In this document: one piece after another, positions 63,761 through 64,000 of the stretch
How the letters are laid out: the number at the start of each line of letters is the position of its first letter
Numbering within the stretch: the stretch's first letter is position 1
DNA from: Catajapyx aquilonaris
Lineage: Eukaryota
Length of the DNA: 64,000 nucleotides
Assembly (NCBI GenBank): GCA_000934665.2
Contig: KZ538296.1
Span: forward strand, 1 to 64,000
Reading direction: 5' to 3'
Program-made: the position numbers and the translations under genes
The notes under the pieces: model-generated
What the model saw: the letters and a program-made list of their open reading frames with translations, nothing else
Database searches by the model: none
What the model was told of the DNA's origin: nothing

Positions 63761-64000
63761 TTTTACCCTGTGCTAGAGAACAATGCCCTTATTGGGTGGC
63801 TCCGTTGTGTAGTTAATGCGTACAGCGTCCTTAAAGTGTTGAGGGCCGGATGGTGGAATATGAGGCAAAAACGAAAAAGTGTATGGGTGTCGTACCCGGA
63901 TTCTTAATCTGATGGGATTGGATTGCTTTTTGCACATGGACAATGTGTTAGGAGACCAAGGCAAGGGATCGGAGGCCCTCGAACTGACTTTTGCTTCTTA

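Overview
Eukaryotic, repeat-rich genomic DNA, most likely from an arthropod or insect (inferred from the SINE types and gene similarities). There are three recognisable spliced host genes. (1) An AT-hook plus double-chromodomain gene on the minus strand (exons 18872-2826; last exon not found). (2) NUDCD1 on the minus strand (8 exons, 45252-34895). (3) RNF146/Iduna on the plus strand, head-to-head with NUDCD1; it has two tandemly duplicated, intact terminal exons, each completing the WWE domain. A probable unidentified gene lies on the minus strand at the right end. The most unusual region is 21.0-34.9 kb, where two nested, oppositely oriented LTR elements contain no gag or pol but carry three paralogous F-type (baculovirus-F/errantivirus-like) envelope genes. 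The inner element (22923-28653) has ~99% identical LTRs, an ATAT target-site duplication (TSD), a primer-binding site (PBS) and a polypurine tract (PPT). It carries a furin-site/fusion-peptide env plus a second, shortened env. The outer element (34855-21001) starts ~40 bp after the NUDCD1 stop codon and carries another shortened env. The rest of the window is dense with MITEs/foldback elements (TTAA-, TA- and hAT-type) and several tRNA-derived SINE families. All calls are by eye; no database searches were run.
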